Shown here piece by piece: positions 38,907 through 42,781 of a DNA stretch of 42,781 bases. Origin of the DNA: Saprolegnia diclina VS20 (Eukaryota); assembly GCF_000281045.1 (NCBI RefSeq), contig NW_008246128.1:86080-128860 (forward strand). The letters run 5' to 3'. How positions within the stretch are numbered: the stretch's first letter is position 1; each line of letters begins with the position of its first letter. Both the position numbers and the translations under genes were made by a program. The notes below the pieces were generated by a model. It was not told the origin of the DNA and made no database searches. It worked only from the letters and a program-made list of their open reading frames with translations.

Positions 38907-41900
38907 ATGTTCTGTGGCGAGTGCGGCAGTCGGTACGACGACGCGACCTCGCGCTTCTGCGCCGAGTGTGGCGCCCCGCGCGAGATGGACGAAGTTGCGC
39001 CTGCCATCGTGGCTCCAACGGCCGCCTACACGGCCCCGACACCTGCCTACACCGCGCCGACGCCGACGTACACGGCCCCGACGCCTGCCTACGTTGCCCC
39101 GACACCGCCCAACGTGGCGCCGGTGCCCACATATGAAGCCCCAATGCCCGCGTACACCGCTCCGCCCGCTGCGCCACTACTCCGCCCGACGGTCGTTGTG
39201 CCAGCGCTCGCGCCAGCATGCGTCAAGTGCGCGACGCCATTCGTGGACGCGGCCGAGATGTTTTGCGGCGAGTGTGGCTACCGTCGGCAAGCGTCACCAC
39301 CAAGCGCTGCACCGACCACGGTGTCACCGCCCGTGGTCGACGACGATGACGACGATCTCTTTGGCGGTCCTGCACCGTCGTCGTCGGTGGCTGTTGTCCC
39401 GCCCATGGCCTCGATGCCACCGCCCGAGTCGGCCGCGCCCAAGCCCGCGTTCACGACGAGCTTTCCAGGCGCCTCGCTCGCCGCTGCCCAGCTCGCCGGG
39501 CTCACGCGTACGCGCCTCGCGCTCCACGGGCCATAGATCTTACTCGTTGTCTCTTGTAGTCAAGGCGTCGACGGCGGAGCCCGCCGTGCTGGACACGCAT
39601 GGCACGGGCGAAGGCATCTCGTTCCGCACGATCACGAAAGCCCACGACATGGACAGCTTGAGCTTGCGTCAAGCGATGTCAGCGACCATGGACCGCAACC
39701 GGTCGAGCCCGGATCAAGTGACGCACAACTACCACTCGTCCAAGGTAGTACTATCAACCCTTGCGCGCGCTCGACAGTGATTGTAGGTCAACGCCAATAT
39801 TACGGTGCATCACAACATGCAAGTGGTGTCGGAAGAAGAGCAGTGGTACTCGTCGCGGTCGGCGCCCGACGGGCCGCAATGGCTCGAGCTTTTGCGGCAG
39901 CACCGCCAAAACAAGACCCAATTCACCGGTACCAAGACTCATTTTTTAAATCAAAATACCGGATATGCGCTGCTTAGACCCGCAGTTTCCGCCGACGACC
40001 GCGTCCTTGTACCGAGACCCGGCAAACCCCAACACGTTCCCCGGCACAACGCCGCTCGACGCGATCGTGTGGAAATGGAAGCGCATCAGCGACTTCTTCT
40101 CGACCAACGCGTACGTACCTACCCCTCGATCTCTCGCTCGATATATCTATGAAATAAGATCTGATGCCAAACTAGGTATGTGGAAGTGACCATGGTCGAC
40201 GACGACAAGAAGCTCGTGTCGGGGATTGCCGTCAAGTCGGCGGCCGAGGCCGAGTCGATGATTGCGACCATTCGGGAGCAGCGCGACGTGTCGGTCGATG
40301 CGCGGTTCCTCCTTCGGGCGACCGAGGCAGTCGAGCTGGCGCTCACGCACAAGAAGCGCGAGCACATGCTGCTGCTGACGACGTCGTTGATCCAGCACAT
40401 GTCCGAGTACGTCGACGGCGTCCAGAAGTACGAGCTCCTCTGGCAGCGCAGTCTGTTGGACCAAAACAAGCCTCTCGTGTACCAAGGCGTCGGGTCGCCG
40501 TGCGGGTATCGCCTCGACGGTAGATTATTGTCCATCTTTTTTGAAAATATCAGAGTATCAAGCGAATTGTAGGCAATGGCATTTCGCGCGTCTCGGTGCT
40601 CGTGCCTGTGCAGTTCCAAGCGCAACACGTGTGCGTGTTTGACCGGCACAAGCGTGACGTGGCCGAGTGCAAGGCCGGGCGACTCGCCGACGGGTACCTC
40701 TTTGGTGCGCTCTCGATGCTATCGACGTCGCCGACGCTCGTGGCCCAGTTGTTTCCGAGTATTTTGTGCGATTTTTGATGAAATGTCACAAAGTTGTGGC
40801 TAGTGCTGACGCCCGACCTCGTGGATCCGGCACAGCGCGACCCGGACGTGCCGACTGCGTTTGCGCTCGAGCAGCAGTACAACGATGAAGGCGTCTACTG
40901 CGTGCGCTTCTGGCGCAACCACAAGAGCTATCTGGTACGTATTCTCGGCACTTGATACCTTGAAACGATTTGCCGACGGATTGTAGGTGATTGTCGACGA
41001 CTACATTCCGTGCTCGCAGTACGGCAAGCCCGTGTTTGCGTCCTTTACCGGGTCGCCGTCCCGGTTTGAAATTTGGTCAATGCTCGTCGAGAAGGCGTAC
41101 GCCAAGCTCCATGGCGGCTACGACGCGATCCTTGGTGGCCAAGATGTCTACTGTCTCCAAGACCTGTGGGGCGGCATTCCCACCACCCTTTCGTAAGCTT
41201 TTTCTCGTTTTTTCATTGAGTTTTCATCAATTTACTGTTAGGACGACGCAACTCCCCAATGCCGAGGCCGCGTACGCCTACTTGACCCAGGTACGTCTTT
41301 GTTGTCTTGGTCAATGCTTGGCTCAGGGACACAATAGTCGCTGCACCAAGGCAACCTCCTCGGCTTTTGCAACGACCAAGCCGAGACATCGCTGCCGCTG
41401 GGGCTCAAGGCCGGGCACACGTACGGCGTGCTCCGCCTCGTCGAGCTGCATGTCGACGGATCGACGCAGTACCTGGTGCAGCTGCGCAACACGTGGGGCG
41501 ACAGCGACAAGGACGTGGTGCCGATGCGCGTACCGTGGACGAAAGGCTCGGCCGAGTGGAGGCGCGTCTCGCTGCGTCAGAAGCAAGACGCGGGCTATAC
41601 GCTCAACCCCGACTTTACGGTGTGGCTGCCGCTCGACGCCTGCCTCGCGTTCTTCTCGTCGCTCTTCGAGTCGAAAAACTTGTACCAGTTTCCGACTGCA
41701 CATGGTGCGCCGGTTCAAGCGGGCGGCCCGGTGGTCTCGGTGCACATTGTGTCGGGCGCGTGGACAGCGGCAACCTGCGGGGCCCGCAAGGCCGTGCACC
41801 TCAACCCGCAGTACCAGCTCCTAGTGCCAGGTACGACTCATCGGTGTCATTGGCATCGGAATGTGAATCGGAATGTCCCTGTTGCGTAGCGCCAACGTCG

Positions 41901-42781
41901 CTGGCGGTGCATCTGGAACAACCGTCGCGCCGACTGCACATGCAAAAGGAGTACGCGTGCTTTGTGGCGCCGATCGTGACGGGGCGTGCGACGCCGGCCC
42001 AGCGCAAGCTCGACATTGGCCATGACGTGGTCGCGACTGGCACGTTCATCTCGAACCGCAGCTGCTTCCTCGGCGTACCCGAACCTCTGCCATCGGACAC
42101 TTACGTGGTCATCCCCGCCACGTACGAGCCGTTCGAGACGTCGTTCCAGCTCGCAATCTTTACGAGTGCGCCGGTTGCGCTCTTGCCGATTGCCGACAAT
42201 GACATTCCGCACTGCTGTGTGTGCCAAAAGCCGCTCACGGGCTCGTACCGGACGTTTGAGACCAAGTACATGATCGTGCGTTTCCTAGTACTTGTACTAA
42301 ACTTGCTATCTCTAGGGACGGTGTGCGCCACGTGTGCAAGGAGCCCTGCACAGAGATCTACCGTCAGCAGCACACGGCCGTCTGTGTCGACTGCGGGCTG
42401 CGCATCGAGGTGGTGCCGGGGCAGTTCTCTGGCCGTCTCTATACGCTCCCAGACGGCACGACGTGCCATGCCGAGTGCATTGATGCGTATCGCATTCGCA
42501 CCGCCGAGAGCTGCGGCCACTGCCACATGGCCATCACGCCGATCCCAGGTATTTGTATTTCAAAAATGGTGCAAACTGGTGCATAAACGGAATCCACTTT
42601 TGTCGTTAGGTCAATTTGATGGCAAGTACTTTCAGCTCGACTCGGGCAAGAAGGTGCACGCCGAGTGCATGGCCGCATACCAAGAAACGATCGCGAAGCG
42701 CTGCAAGCACTGCGGCCTCGGCATTGCCAAGAATGCGACGTTTGACGGCCGGTTTTATCAAATCGCCAACTCGGACGACCA
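38907..42781 (+). CDS. Calpain-like protein (zinc ribbons, Pro-rich region, CysPc lacking catalytic Cys, domain III, tandem CxxC..HxEC fingers), 3' end beyond window
   Basis: MFCGECG..FCAECG, DPQFPP, VIVDDYIPC, EIWSMLVEKAYAKLHGGY, GHTYGV, QLRNTWG, NPQY, YVVIPATY, then zinc-finger repeats to the window edge. Confidence 0.9.
39027..39173 (+). repeat. Seven 21-bp coding repeats, heptad consensus YTAPTPA
   Basis: Tyr/Asn codons at 39027, 39048, 39069, 39090, 39111, 39132 and 39153. Confidence 0.9.

Overview
Gene-dense eukaryotic DNA, most likely from an oomycete and probably Saprolegniales. This is inferred from the high GC3, many 40-55 nt GT-AG introns, INR/FPR-like and CCAAT promoter motifs, and the START-FYVE and AROM genes. 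Because most genes are spliced, the ORF track shows only fragments; gene models here were assembled by eye and some boundaries are approximate. Genes in order: secreted DRGH-type DNA/RNA non-specific endonuclease (runs off the left edge, absent from the ORF track), secreted trypsin-like protease, five-Tudor-like-repeat protein, two predicted single-pass microproteins, double-bZIP protein, Ubl-like+2xCHORD protein, frameshifted membrane-protein gene, bestrophin-family channel, RNase T2, CEP97-like LRR-IQ protein, START-FYVE protein, Rad16-like SNF2/RING helicase with a PARP-type zinc finger, IQ protein, TPH-like coiled-coil protein, small basic protein, pentafunctional AROM, PH+PI3K-RBD-like protein, and a calpain-like protein lacking its catalytic Cys (runs off the right edge). 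I saw no rRNA, tRNA, CRISPR array or transposon, and no multi-gene novel system that I can support. The best leads are unusual domain architectures and recurrent promoter motifs.
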